Below are positions 48,901 through 59,539 of a stretch of 64,000 nucleotides of DNA, piece after piece. Position 1 is the first letter of the stretch, and each line of letters opens with the position of its first letter. The DNA lies in the NCBI GenBank assembly GCA_002269645.1, contig NIVC01000013.1, forward strand, positions 1,054,001 to 1,118,000. The letters run 5' to 3'. The DNA comes from Macrostomum lignano (taxonomy: Eukaryota). Position numbers and translations under genes: made by a program. The notes beneath the pieces were generated by a model. It was given only the letters and a program-made list of their open reading frames with translations. It made no database searches and was not told the origin of the DNA.

Positions 48901-51900
48901 CCTAGCTAGAGAAGATCGTGTGTACACTGGGGGTAGGGGTTAGGGGTTGAATAGCCTAGAGAGAAGATCGTGTGTACACTGTGGAGGTTTGGGGTTAGGA
49001 TTTGAATAGCCTAACTAGAGAAGATCGTGTGTACACTGTGGTTGCTAGTATAAGTTTTTTCTCCTTGATTTTATTCTGAAAAAATAGAATTAGCTACACA
49101 GATACAGATACATTAAGATAAAGTTTAATTAAACTATAGATGTGCTAAAGCCTAAAGGAACTGCTAAGACTCTAAGAGTTTCACAGGACAGTGCGAACAG
49201 AGACTAATAATTGAGACTTAAGACACGGTAGAGTGCTTCTCACAATCTTTGATGGTAGAAAGTGCAGTAGATAAAATCGCGATACCAAAATTTAAGAATA
49301 AATTTCACAATTTAGTATTAAGTCTAGTTACTCAGATTTGGAGAAAAGAAACTATCGACCATATAGTTTAGTTTAAAGTCGGCATATGATGAAAAATGAA
49401 ATTTTTTCAACCTGCAGGGCCACAGGTTTTATTGTGCACCTGTGCTGGCTGTGCACCTGCATTATATGACCATGAGGTCCCCACCTTGCTTCTCTGACTG
49501 GGCCATAAAGTTTTAAAACTTGATTTCTGGAGTGGAAAACGCCAGTTTAACTCTAAACGCAATTTTTCTTTTCTACCCATTTACGTAGGGGAGAAAATCC
49601 AGTTTAATCTCATGTATTTTTGTTTAAATAACTTTCCAAATAAAAATAATTAAGCAATAAAGTCATAATTATTTCGTGACTGCCAAAAATTCCAAACCAG
49701 ATGCGTGATTTTAAAACTCTTCGACTAGGGGGGGGGGGTCTCTTTAAATACAATGAGCCTAAATATGGCCAAACAGGCAGATATAGGGCAGATGAACGGA
49801 AAAGAATGACTGTGACCGTGCGCAGGAGAGTGTGGGTTCGGGGGTGTCCGAGCTACATTCTATAAAAGCATTGTGGAAACTGTGCAAAGCAGAGAGAAGA
49901 GAGCTCGAACTCGCCCAGATTAAAGAAGATGCCTCATAGGTTTTAGCTGAGCAGAAGCAGAGGGCTGACGTGTCTCATCTTGCCTGAAGTGGCACCTCTG
50001 TCTTTCTATCTCTCTACCTCTGGGCATTGTGCAAAGCTGTCTTATTACCAGTCATCTTAGTCCTTTTTCTTTCCAAAATCATATGCACAAAATAATTTAA
50101 ACAACTGAAAAAATTTCTCATTAAAAATCGTCCATTTCCTACCTAGATTGTGCGGGGGGGGGCTTGTTTTGTTCAATATTTTTTTCCAAGTTCAATCAAA
50201 TGAAGGCATTGCAGTATTTTAATCATCATTGTAGCAACCGCCTCGCTCTCAGTTACTAAAAATCGCTACTTACAGGTATTAACCATAAATAAGGTCAGAA
50301 AATTAAAGGCAAAAGTGAGGAAGGTTCTCAAGGCAAAAACAGGGTGAAGGATGGGCGTGCCTGCAACAGGGAACCATTGCGAGCAAGTGCGATAGAAGCA
50401 GAAGAAGCACAGGAAAAAACAACACACAGGTAGAGCCTTGAGTTCGGGGCAGGTCTTCTTCTTGGACTCTTCCACTGTTGGAGCATTCGAAAAAATGCAT
50501 TACAGGATGGATGGCTTATTAACTTAAATTGCGATTCTTTTAAATAGGAAGTTAAGTTCACAGAGTCTGCTGAAAATACTGCAGACGGTGGTTGCGGAAC
50601 CCTGAAGTATCGGAGGAGAGGGTAGCGGGCAGTCCCTGAAGTATCGGAGGAGAGGGTAGCGGGAGTCTCTGAAGTATTGGAGGAGAGGGTTGCGGGAGTC
50701 TCTGAAGTATCGGAGGAGAAGGTAGCGGGTAATCCCTGAAGTTTGGAGAAGAGGGTAGCGGCAATCCCTGAAGTATCGGAAGAGAGGGTAGCGGCAATCC
50801 CTGAAGTATCGGAGGAGAGGGTAGCGGCAATCCCTGAAGTATCGGAGGAGAGGTTAGCGGGCAATCCCTGAAGTATCGGAGGAGAGGTTAGCGGGCAATC
50901 CCTGAAGTATCGGAGGAGAGGTTAGCGGGCAATCCCTGAAGTATCGGAGGAGAGGGTAGCGGCGATCCCTGAAGTATCGGAGGAGAGGGTAGCGGGCAAT
51001 CCATGAGGTATCAGAGGAGAGGGTAGCGGCAATCCCTGAAGTATCGGAGGAGAGGGTAGCGGCAATCCCTGAAGTATCGGAGGAGAGGGTAGCGGCAGTC
51101 CCTGAAGTATCGGAGGAGAGGGTAGCGGCAATCCCTGAAGTATCGGGGGTAGCGGCAATCCCTGAAGTATCGGAGGAGAGGGTAGCGGGAGTCTCTGAAG
51201 TATCGAAGGAGAGGGTAGCGGCGATCCCTGAAGTATCGGAGGAGAGGGTAGCGGGCAATCCCTGAGATATCAGAGGAGAGGGTAGCGGCAATCCCTGAAG
51301 TATCAGAGGAGAGGGTAGCGGGCAATCCCTGAAGTATCGGAGGAGAGGTTAGCGGCAATCCATGAGGTATCGGAGGAGAGGGTAGCGGGAGTCTCTGAAG
51401 TATCGGAGGAGAGGGTAGTGGGAGTCTCTGAAGTATCGGAGGAGAGGGTAGCGGCAATCCATGAGGTATCGGAGGAGAGGGTAGCGGGAGTCTCTGAAGT
51501 ATCGGAGGAGAGGGTAGTGGGAGTCTCTGAAGTATCGGAGGAGAGGGTAGCGGCAATCCATGAGGTATCGGAGGAGAGGGTAGCGGCAATCCCTGAAGTA
51601 TCGGGGGTAGCGGCAATCCCTGAAGTATCGGAGGAGAGGCGGACGCCATGGACCACCGAGAAACCATTAGTTAAAGGCACTTGTGAAACCATAATACCAA
51701 AATGGACCTCCCAAACACGGCTGCACTTCACTCACCCCACCACTCGATCCCTTGTTGATGTACACGAACACCGCTCCGTGGATTCTGGCGCCTCCACCGC
51801 CGCCGCCGCCAGCGGCCTCGCCAACGCCGGTGCAAGGCGCCGAAACCAGCAGGTCGTCCCAGCCGTCAGAGTTCAAGTCGATGGCTAGCAAGGCGTGACC

Positions 51901-52315
51901 GAACCGGCCAGCAAATGCCGGGCCAATTAGGGTTGCGCGGAGGTCCGACTCGCCGAAACACCTTCAGTTGGGGTCGGTGCGAGTGTTTATGAGCAGTTGG
52001 AGCTAATGATTAGCTTTGCCTGGGACACCTTCGCAACCTTTGAGGTTTCATTAATTGGTCACGATATATGCGTAGGGTTTCATGTTAATTGCTCCGAATG
52101 ACGCGCATAGAAGTTCAAAATGTTTCTCAAATTCAAATATAATAACTAACTGACGAACTAACTAACTGACTAACTGACTAACTAACTAACTAACCAACTA
52201 ACTAACTAACTAACTGACGAACTAACCAACTAACTAACTAACTAACTGACGAACTAACTAACTGACTAACTGACTAACTAACTAACTAACCAACTAACTA
52301 ACTAACTAACTGACG

Positions 52316-52390
<75 letters not shown>

Positions 52391-54348
52391 ATAAATACTG
52401 ACTAACCTGACGCTGTCCAAAGCGTCGCCGGATCCCTTAACGCCCCGACGGCCCCAGCAGACGCTTCCAGGTGCGTCATCAGCTGCGGCCACCCGGTACA
52501 GCCTCACAACTCCACCCCCGATGGCGCCGGCTCGCCACCGCCTGCTGGCTTCAACATAGTCGGTGATGAAGCCTTCACTGAAGGACGCCGCCCGAAGTCC
52601 GGCCAGGTCCGGCACGCAGGGCGAGCCTTCGACAAGATCGAAGCCTCCCATAGCGCCAGTGGACGGCCCCACCAGCCTGGCCGCGGTGGCCACGGCGAAG
52701 CCTGAGCAGCCGTAGTTGAGGATTTTCTTATCGAAGAGCTGCCGCTGCAGCTGAGCGGCGTGTTTCGCACTCAGGTCGGGCAGGAAGCGGTCAAACTGCA
52801 TATCCTCTGTGGCATACCGCTGTTCCAAGTAATTGGTTCGAAACCCTCCGACATAGCTGTGACCCCACATCAGCAACGGTTCGGCTGTTCGATTCAACGG
52901 CGCCGAGGACAAATCGGAGCTGTAGAGAACCCCGCCGAAGCCCAGCAACAAATATGGGATGCCGAATGCGTAGGCGGAAGCTCGGGGAAGAGACGAGGCC
53001 GAATACGCGAATAGCATTGGCGGAACCGGAGTTTTGTAGCGATCGAACAGTTTGGGCAGGTAGGAGATGGCGCCGTAGCTCGAGTACTGACCCGGCCTGT
53101 TGAGAGGGCGGAGGCTTGAGTGAAAGTTTTGGCGATGTAGCCCTATTAATATTGTTAAAGTTACAGACTAGCAGGTTTTGTACTTTTAAAAATATCAATA
53201 ATTAGTTATTATATTACATCTGACCTCATAGCCAGATGTGCAACCGACAGCTCAGCCGCGGCTATTGAGCGGCACATCTGAAGGCTGCGTACGGCTGTTC
53301 AGTCCAAGGACTGGGGAGTCGCCACACACAGCCTCAATTACCCCAGCTAATGCTGGCACCCATTTCAATGACACGAAGTGTTCCGAGTAGGTCAAGAATC
53401 GAACCCCCGCCCTTTCTTTCAGTATTGAGTCCGACACTCTAACCACTAGGCTATATAACCCTTGAGTATAAGCTGTTCTCTGTAGCAGTTAAATTAATTC
53501 TACAAGCTTATCCTCCAATCAACTACAGTGCATATTAGAGTTAAGAAAGTCACCTAAAAGCGTAGCAGACGCCCATGCCGGCCACTTTGCCGGCCATTCG
53601 AACCCGAGCCCTGGGGTCGCACACCAGCACGCTGTCCTCCTTGGCTGGCAGGCCGTTGCCGAAGGTCGAAGCAACCGACAAGCCCAAATTGCCGATTTTC
53701 CATGCGTGCTCGCGCAGGCCCGAGGCGAGATTCTCGCCGCAGTTGCCGGCGTCCAGGTTGCAGGCGAAGAAGCCGCCCAGACCATTTGAGGACGTCGAAA
53801 AAGAGTTGTCAGAGCGTGGCGCGCCTACGACCAACCTGATAATTTAACAAAATTTAAATTTAAGATTAAAATTTTACTTTAAAAATTTTAATCTTATGGA
53901 ATACATAAATCTTATAATTATGCATCATTAAAAAACAGAAAATATTTATACTATAATTTGAAGTCTTAGTACATTTCAATTAACTTTCAACTAAATCAAA
54001 GCACTTCAAGTTGCTTTTTTATTTTTATATTAAAACATTTAAAAAATTAAAACAATCATAGAAGCTTTCAATTCACATGATTAAAAAGAAATAATTTAAT
54101 TAGCTATCTAAATATAAATTAATTTTGTCTTCAATACTCATACTTAAAGAAGGGTAAATTATAATTTTGCTAGCTTACTTATCGATTCCATTAATGCTGA
54201 CTGGTGCCAGAGAATATCCAAAGCTTTCATTTGCCTGTCCTCGCAATACATAGTAGTAGCTGTCAATAAAACTTTCGCCTTTCGATTGACCAATATTTAA
54301 TAAAATAATATTGATTCCAGTCAACAGATTAAAAAGTGAGATAAACAT
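35561..54348 (-). CDS. ITGA: Integrin alpha subunit, 13 coding exons, 3987 nt, 1328 aa, no I-domain
   Basis: Signal peptide; FG-GAP blades (ESFGYSL..LVVGAP, RFGHALLAIDLNSDGWDDLLVSAP, LGWSLANLGDVDLDGYADFAIGAP, FGESLSKGADFDGSGYPDLMIGAP); thigh/calf motifs (HGCRESWC, EPAYGAYL, LIGNP, CGNTRCLPVVC); TM; PFFQR. All 12 introns are GT-AG with matching phases. The symbol is family-level only. Confidence 0.95.
36339..36452 (-). CDS. Integrin alpha exon 12
   Basis: ctcag|DHMLCTSVNIVPSVQW...DGL|GTGAGT, phase 0 on both sides. Confidence 0.75.
36500..37980. repeat. 12-bp minisatellite in integrin intron 11
   Basis: GACAGACACTAG units, no frameshifting indels. Confidence 0.98.
38010..38781 (-). CDS. Integrin alpha exon 11 (calf-1/calf-2)
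   Basis: VVLHWP, RRHR, TCGNTRCLPVVCRLGEL; weak donor GAG|GTCTGC. Confidence 0.82.
38990..39092. repeat. 16-bp repeat
   Basis: GTGAAATTTAGGTCTA units. Confidence 0.88.
39655..39990. repeat. ~48-bp GGCGCC repeat grading into (CT)n
   Basis: GGCGCCTGCTGACGACTCTCCCACTACGGCGCCTTTTGA twice, then a CT run at 39804-39990. Confidence 0.9.
40485..42252. repeat. 23-bp minisatellite
   Basis: ACAGACACTATAAGACAGACACA units. Confidence 0.98.
42372..42514 (-). CDS. Integrin alpha exon 10
   Basis: LLIGNPV; ttgcag acceptor, AC|GTAAGC donor. Confidence 0.87.
42670..43150. repeat. CT-rich degenerate repeat
   Basis: CTCTCTACTTCTCACT-like units. Confidence 0.85.
43548..45145. repeat. 20-bp purine-rich minisatellite
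   Basis: GAGTGAGAGGGAGATGGCTA units. Confidence 0.98.
45179..45359 (-). CDS. Integrin alpha exon 9 (calf-1)
   Basis: DEPAYGAYLLV; CGG|GTGAGA donor. Confidence 0.87.
45439..45515 (-). CDS. Integrin alpha exon 8 (genu)
   Basis: MKWNHGCRESWCQTTVTL; AG|GTAAGC donor. Confidence 0.85.
45615..46095. repeat. 25-bp pyrimidine-rich minisatellite
   Basis: CACTATATCTACCTCTACCCTCTCG units. Confidence 0.96.
46169..46342 (-). CDS. Integrin alpha exon 7
   Basis: SPESDTDSPLLIE...APLIRG; GAG|GTGAGT donor. Confidence 0.82.
46810..47340. repeat. 23-27-bp minisatellite
   Basis: CTACTATTGGGTTGCTAGG core. Confidence 0.95.
47390..47582 (-). CDS. Integrin alpha exon 6 (thigh)
   Basis: tttcag acceptor; KPTYSVDLQFFIDT; GTG|GTGAGT donor. 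Confidence 0.82.
48123..48628 (-). CDS. Integrin alpha exon 5
   Basis: Two FG-GAP/DxDxDG blades; aaatcag acceptor, AA|GTGAGA donor. Confidence 0.92.
48730..49040. repeat. ~55-bp repeat with GGGGTT(A)GGGG blocks
   Basis: CTAGAGAAGATCGTGTGTACACT..GGGGTTAGGGGTTGAAT, 5-6 copies. Confidence 0.88.
50600..51640. repeat. 33/34-bp minisatellite
   Basis: GCAATCCCTGAAGTATCGGAGGAGAGGGTAGCG units. Confidence 0.97.
51736..51961 (-). CDS. Integrin alpha exon 4
   Basis: RFGHALLAIDLNSDGWDDLLVSAP...GAVFVY; GGG|GTGAGT donor. Confidence 0.92.
52142..52388. repeat. (AACT)n microsatellite
   Basis: AACT/GACT units. Confidence 0.97.
52407..53096 (-). CDS. Integrin alpha exon 3
   Basis: PGQYSSY...FGIPYLLLGFGGV...YGCSGFAVA...VEGSP; AG|GTTAGT donor. 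Confidence 0.88.
53206..53460 (-). mobile_element. tRNA-derived SINE in integrin intron 2
   Basis: Minus strand GGTTATA-TAGCCTAGTGG (A box, 53443-53453) and GGTTCGATTCT (B box, 53395-53405), then a ~170-bp body and an AT-rich tail. Confidence 0.7.
53554..53835 (-). CDS. Integrin alpha exon 2
   Basis: LVVGAPR...GVCYAF; atcag acceptor, AG|GTGACT donor. Confidence 0.9.
54179..54348 (-). CDS. Integrin alpha exon 1 (signal peptide, first FG)
   Basis: MFISLFNLLTGINIILLNIGQSKG...ESFGYSL; donor AA|GTAAGC. Confidence 0.88.
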
Positions 54349-54978
54349 TGTTCAACCGCTCTAATCTGAAAAATAGTGCAGAAACGGCTATGATAGAATC
54401 GTATAAATACAACATAAAATAATTTATGAAGCCATTAGTGTCAGAATTTTCACGCTAGTCACGTGCCGACGCTTTCAATGGTCAGCTTAGAAAAATAGCA
54501 CGTCGCAGACAAGTCAAACATGTTAATATTTAAAAACTGTATATTAGATTTCATGCTATTAGGTATTATATCTTAGCATTATAAGAAAAAAATGTATAGT
54601 TTTAACCTTTTTCTTTTCAAAAGGGTTTTAATTTTGCAAACTTTTCGGTCTAGCGATAGAGAAAATTAAATACTTTGTTAAAAACAACTCTCTTCCGAAT
54701 TATCTGCGTAAAATGTTACACAGTATAGATTAAATGTACAGACTATTTCCACAAAATTTTCATTCCCAGAACTTGCATTGCTTGTAGAAATTTACCACCA
54801 ATAATAATACTTCGCTAGACTGGTAAAATGCAGAGAAGAAAAATGATCCATCAAATTATGGGGTAACGATTACTATACGCATTACGCACAGCAATTATGA
54901 GTGATTTTTATAGGTAGAGATGAAAAAGCTATCGCAAAATTAAAAAATAGTTACAGTCAACATCCCATCGTCCATCGA

Positions 54979-55360
<382 letters not shown>

Positions 55361-56309
55361 GCTACTAGATAATGATAGACGAAATGAAAATTTCTCTAAA
55401 ATTTCTGTTGTTTGCATAAAAGCCTCCGTTGTTTGGCGAAGGTAGATGCATTTCCGGAGCGTTTCAGTCTGTCACACATTTTCCTGGAATTGTTTGCTGA
55501 GCTACAGCGATATCTATATATTTTAGATACATAAGCAGCGATAAATATAAAGGAATGAGGCTGATTGCTGACTACCAACCTTGACTGAAAAAGTAAATTT
55601 AAGCTATATATAGTGCTGATTTAAGGCTGCGTATAGGATTAAAAAATTGCAATAGAAACTGCAGCACGCGAATTCGTGATATTGACGTTATAGCTCCTAA
55701 ATGCAGTGGGTGTGGCCATCCAAGAATAGAAAAGTTAGAAGATTCTGAATTAAAAAATTGTCTACAAAGAGCAGAGTGATGTTATAGTAATGGTAGGGAC
55801 TTTAAAATTTGGAATACTTGACTGCAAACCATGCAAGGAAAACGTTAATGCGGCTCCAAAAATCTTTAATTTTACTGTTGTTACGAGCGTATTATATACT
55901 GTACAATGTATGTGTGCATGTGCTAGTCGAGGGTCATGATTTCTGCATTTTATGATATTATTTATGCAATTAATTTAAGCTAATGAATGAAAATTAAAGA
56001 AATTATTATGAAAAGCTACCAATAAAAATATTTTTTTTGACGTAACGGGAGTTAAAATCTTGGAGCTTTTTATCTGCACCAAATTGAAGCCTCAGCAGGG
56101 CAGTTGCATTCTGCCGGCTTGTGTCATGTTTTTGATGAGTTTTGCTAGAATTTCCATTATGTCTCTATCCTTTTATTGTTGAGTCATTAGATAAAACACT
56201 TTATCCCCTCTGCAGTACCGTTTTTAGAAATTCGAAAATTTACCCGAGCTTTCCAGAATCCAATTTCATCATGCGGAGCAATATAAAAGTTCCAACTACA
56301 CTAGATAAC

Positions 56310-56510
56310 CAGCAAAAGTGAACTTTCCCACACGGCAGTATGGGCAGGTCCTGTTCTCGCTAGGGATCTTTGGACTCGCAGTCCTCATTGTTTCGCATGC
56401 GGGCCAGTGTATATATGCATGGTTTGCTAATCTAAGCTGTGACAGGGTGCGCTTGAAATCTGGATTGGATCGTTTCTCGGACTTTTTTCTGTTGAGTAGC
56501 ACGGGTTTAT
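56310..56510 (-). mobile_element. 3' fragment of a non-LTR retrotransposon ORF2
   Basis: RTLSQLRLANH...PSENRTCPYC resembles the C-terminal LRL..H / R.C..C motif of CR1/L2/Jockey-type LINE ORF2. Confidence 0.6.
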
Positions 56511-56519
56511 GAGAATTTT

Positions 56520-57066
56520 CCGCAGAGTTTTCCCGCAGCGAGGTTTTCCCGCAGTGAGGTTTTCCCGCAGCGAGGTTTTCCCGCAGCGAGGTTTTCCCGC
56601 AGTGAGGTTTTCCCGTAGCGAGGTTTTCCCGCAGCAAAGTTTTCCCGCAGTGCGGTTTTCCTGCAGTGAGGTTTTCCCGCAGCGAGGTTTTCCCGCAGTG
56701 AGGTTTTCCCGCAGCGAGGTTTTCCCGCAGTGAGGTTTTCCCGCAGTGAGGTTTTCCCGCAGTGAGGTTTTCCCGCAGTGAGGTTTTCCCGCAGTGAGGT
56801 TTTCCCGCAGTGAGGTTTTCCCGCAGTGAGGTTTTCCCGCAGTGAGGTTTTCCCGCAGTGAGGTTTTCCCGCAGTGAGGTTTTCCCGCAGTGAGGTTTTC
56901 CCGCAGTGAGGTTTTCCCGCAGTGAGGTTTTCCCGCAGTGAGGTTTTCCCGCAGTGAGGTTTTCCCGCAGTGAGGTTTTACCGCAGTGAGGTTTTACCGC
57001 AGTGAGGTTTTACCGCAGTGAGGTTTTACCGCAGTGAGGTTTTCCCGCAGCGAGGTTTTCCCGCAG
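56520..57066. repeat. 16-bp minisatellite
   Basis: GAGGTTTTCCCGCAGT units. Confidence 0.98.
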
Positions 57067-57272
57067 GTTTTTTCAGTCGGAATTTCAAGTTAAATCTAAT
57101 TGGATCTGAAATCTAGTCTAGTCTAGTTCTAATCTGGTCTAGTTCTAATAGTTTTTAATCTGGTCTAATTTATGTCTAGTCTAGTCTAGGCTAGTTCTAA
57201 TCTAGACCAGCATTGTCTATAGACTGAATTTGACTTGAAATTACGAATGAAAAAACCCTGCGGGAAAACCTC
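57051..57272. mobile_element. MITE-like element with ~47-bp TIRs
   Basis: Left GAGGTTTTCCCGCAGGTTTTTTCAGTCGGAATTTCAAGTTAAAT matches the reverse complement of right ATTTGACTTGAAATTACGAATGAAAAAACCCTGCGGGAAAACCTC; TCTAG-rich spacer. Confidence 0.75.
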
Positions 57273-57543
57273 CTGTGGGACGACTTGGCTTTGCAGAGAG
57301 TTGTCTACTCTCGCTGAGGTAAATACGGAGGAGTCACCAATTTGAGTTAGCCTCGCAGAAGCAACAGACAGCCTACGCGACCAGAAGTCTCCATTGGTTG
57401 GACAGACAGAGAAACTGCAGCTCCAGCAGCGTCTCTTGCGGATTAAAAAAGCATGACAAACATATCACATGCAGTCATAAACGACGGAGCACAAATTCTC
57501 GCAGGTTGATTTTTTTCAAAACGAGAAGCAGAAGGGCTGAAAT

Positions 57544-59539
57544 ATGTTGGAATTGACTGACGATCTCAAACTATGGCTGAGGCTCTGTATGCTCTGCTGC
57601 CTCGCTGCAGTTTCTGCATCGCGGATGCCGCAGACAACTGCGCCCAGCTGCAAGCGTCTCGTCCGCTCGGCCCTGCCCGTCTCGCTCGATCCGACTGTGA
57701 GCAGTGACGTCATCACCGAGACCAACGTCGCTTCGGTGCCCGACTGTCTGCTCAGGTGCCGAGCGAGAGGCTGCGCTGTGGCAGTCGTTCCTAAGAGCAC
57801 CTCCACCTGCCAACTCGTCGTCATCAACGATGCGTCGCAGTCTCCGGGACCGACGGCGAGTCACGTGACGCGAGTTCTCGGTTCCGAGGCGGGCGAATCC
57901 GTGTGGACGGTGGCCAACCTTGAGCAGCTGATCCAGGAGAGGGCCTACAGGCTCGATGTCGTGTTCAAGAGTGAGCAGTTGGTATTACCTGCATGCAATC
58001 CTTTGTTAGCTTATTCGATATGTAATGGATTGGATGCAGCTGAGATCAGAATGCCTATTTTTGACGCGTTGTTAATTACAGACTCGTCCACGGGCAGCAA
58101 CGGGTCCGTCCAGCACCTGCAGATCGGCCTCACCGGTTGCTATCGCATCGAGGCCGCCGGAGCCAGAGGTGGCGCCAACTTTGCCGCAGCGACCGTCGGA
58201 GGCCACGGAGCTACCGCGGCTGCCAACTTCAGTCTGACGGCCGGAATCCGATTGGACATCGCCGTCGGACAGGCGGGCAGCAACGAATCGGTGGACGGCG
58301 CTGCGCCTGGCGGAGGTGGCGGCAGCTTCGTGTGGACAAGCGACGGATCGGAGACTCGGCTGCTGCTGGCTGCGGGCGGCGGTGGCGGTGGCGCCACTGG
58401 TGGAAACGGTGAGGAGTTTCCCGAACTTGGGGTTTTTGCCACAGACAGGCCCGCTTTCGTGTTTCAACAGGTCTAACTGTACCACCTTTTAAAATACTCG
58501 TTCATGGCAAGGACTTCTGTGGTGAACGTCCACACATAAAATGAATACGACATCAAAACGACATTGTGGCATACATACGATGTAAAAACGATATAAATAC
58601 GATGTCGAAACGACATACATACGCCGTCGAAAGATATAAATACGATGTCGAAACGACGTAGTAGGGCGGGGACAAACCTCGACGTCGAAACGACATCACA
58701 GAACGACGTCGTTTCGACATCGTTTTTCCCAGTGGGTTGGCGAGCGAAATTCTTATAGTTAAGTTGATAATCAATGCTCACCTTGTGTATTGTGTACATG
58801 TATAAGATGAGTGTGCCCAAAGTGCTATGTGGGATTAGAGAGTGAAGTTCACTTCCTGTTTAAGCGTTAGTTGAAACTTTTACTGTGCTTCCAGTGATAA
58901 CTTTGAACTCCAGTGATCACTCGTACATGATGCAATATTACATGCTGCAATATTACATTATGCAATATACATTAACGCAACACCATATGCAGTACAAGTT
59001 TGACATGTACTCAAGCCAATAAAATGATCTAAACAACAGGACTGCCTGGTGAGGCCGGACGCAACGGTTCAGACACGATTGGCACGCACTCCCGCCTCTC
59101 TGGCTTAGGCGGAACCAACGGAGCCCCGGGCTCCAACACTCCGAGAGACGCTGCGTCCAACTGCAACCACGGCGGCTGCGGCGCCGGCTGGCTCGGCAAG
59201 GCCGTCAACCCGAGACGAGGCAACACCGACGGAGAGCGAGGCGGCAGCGTAGCCGACGGCTGGGTCGGCGGCAGCGGCGGCGACGGCGGTGGCGGCAACG
59301 GCGGATTCGGCGGCGGTGGCGGCGGTGGCGGCAGCGCTAGCGGCACAAGAGGAGCTCCTGGCGCCGGCGGTGGCTTCAGCGGAGGCGGAGCGGGTCTCGG
59401 ATTCGGCCACGCTGGAGGAGGCGGCGGCTCCGCCTGCATCGGCGGCAGCGGCTGCGTCACAGTCACGGGCGGCAACGCCGACAACGAGCAGGGAAGAGTG
59501 GCTGTGCGGCTGCTGGATGCCTCATCATCGATGTGTTGA
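57544..59539 (+). CDS. Secreted PAN/apple + ALK/LTK-type glycine-rich domain protein, 417 aa; exons 57544-57970, 58082-58408, 59040-59539
   Basis: Signal peptide; PAN-like Cys pattern DCLLRC...GC...TCQL; TGCYRIEAAGARGG, IAVGQAG, GGGGGSFV, LLAAGGGGG, GGCGAGW, GGFGGGGG, GGGFSGG and GGGGGS motifs; both introns GT-AG, phase 1; TGA at 59537-59539; no TM. Confidence 0.88.
58530..58738. mobile_element. Partial non-autonomous DNA-transposon-like element with internal ACGATGTCGAAACGAC repeats
   Basis: Three direct copies and one inverted copy of the motif, ending in CCCAGTGGG; no matching left terminus seen. Confidence 0.45.

Noticed and set aside
48730-49040. Interstitial telomere
   Set aside because: Only isolated TTAGGG within a ~55-bp unit; no (TTAGGG)n tract.
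49840-50500. TATA-like CTATAAAAG, a gag-like ERRELELAQIKE fragment and Cys/Phe-rich ORFs
   Set aside because: Too short; no LTR, PBS or pol evidence.
50328-51888. SSDTSGIAATL / PPILQGLPLP ORFs
   Set aside because: 33-bp minisatellite inside integrin intron 4, with frameshifting 34-bp units.
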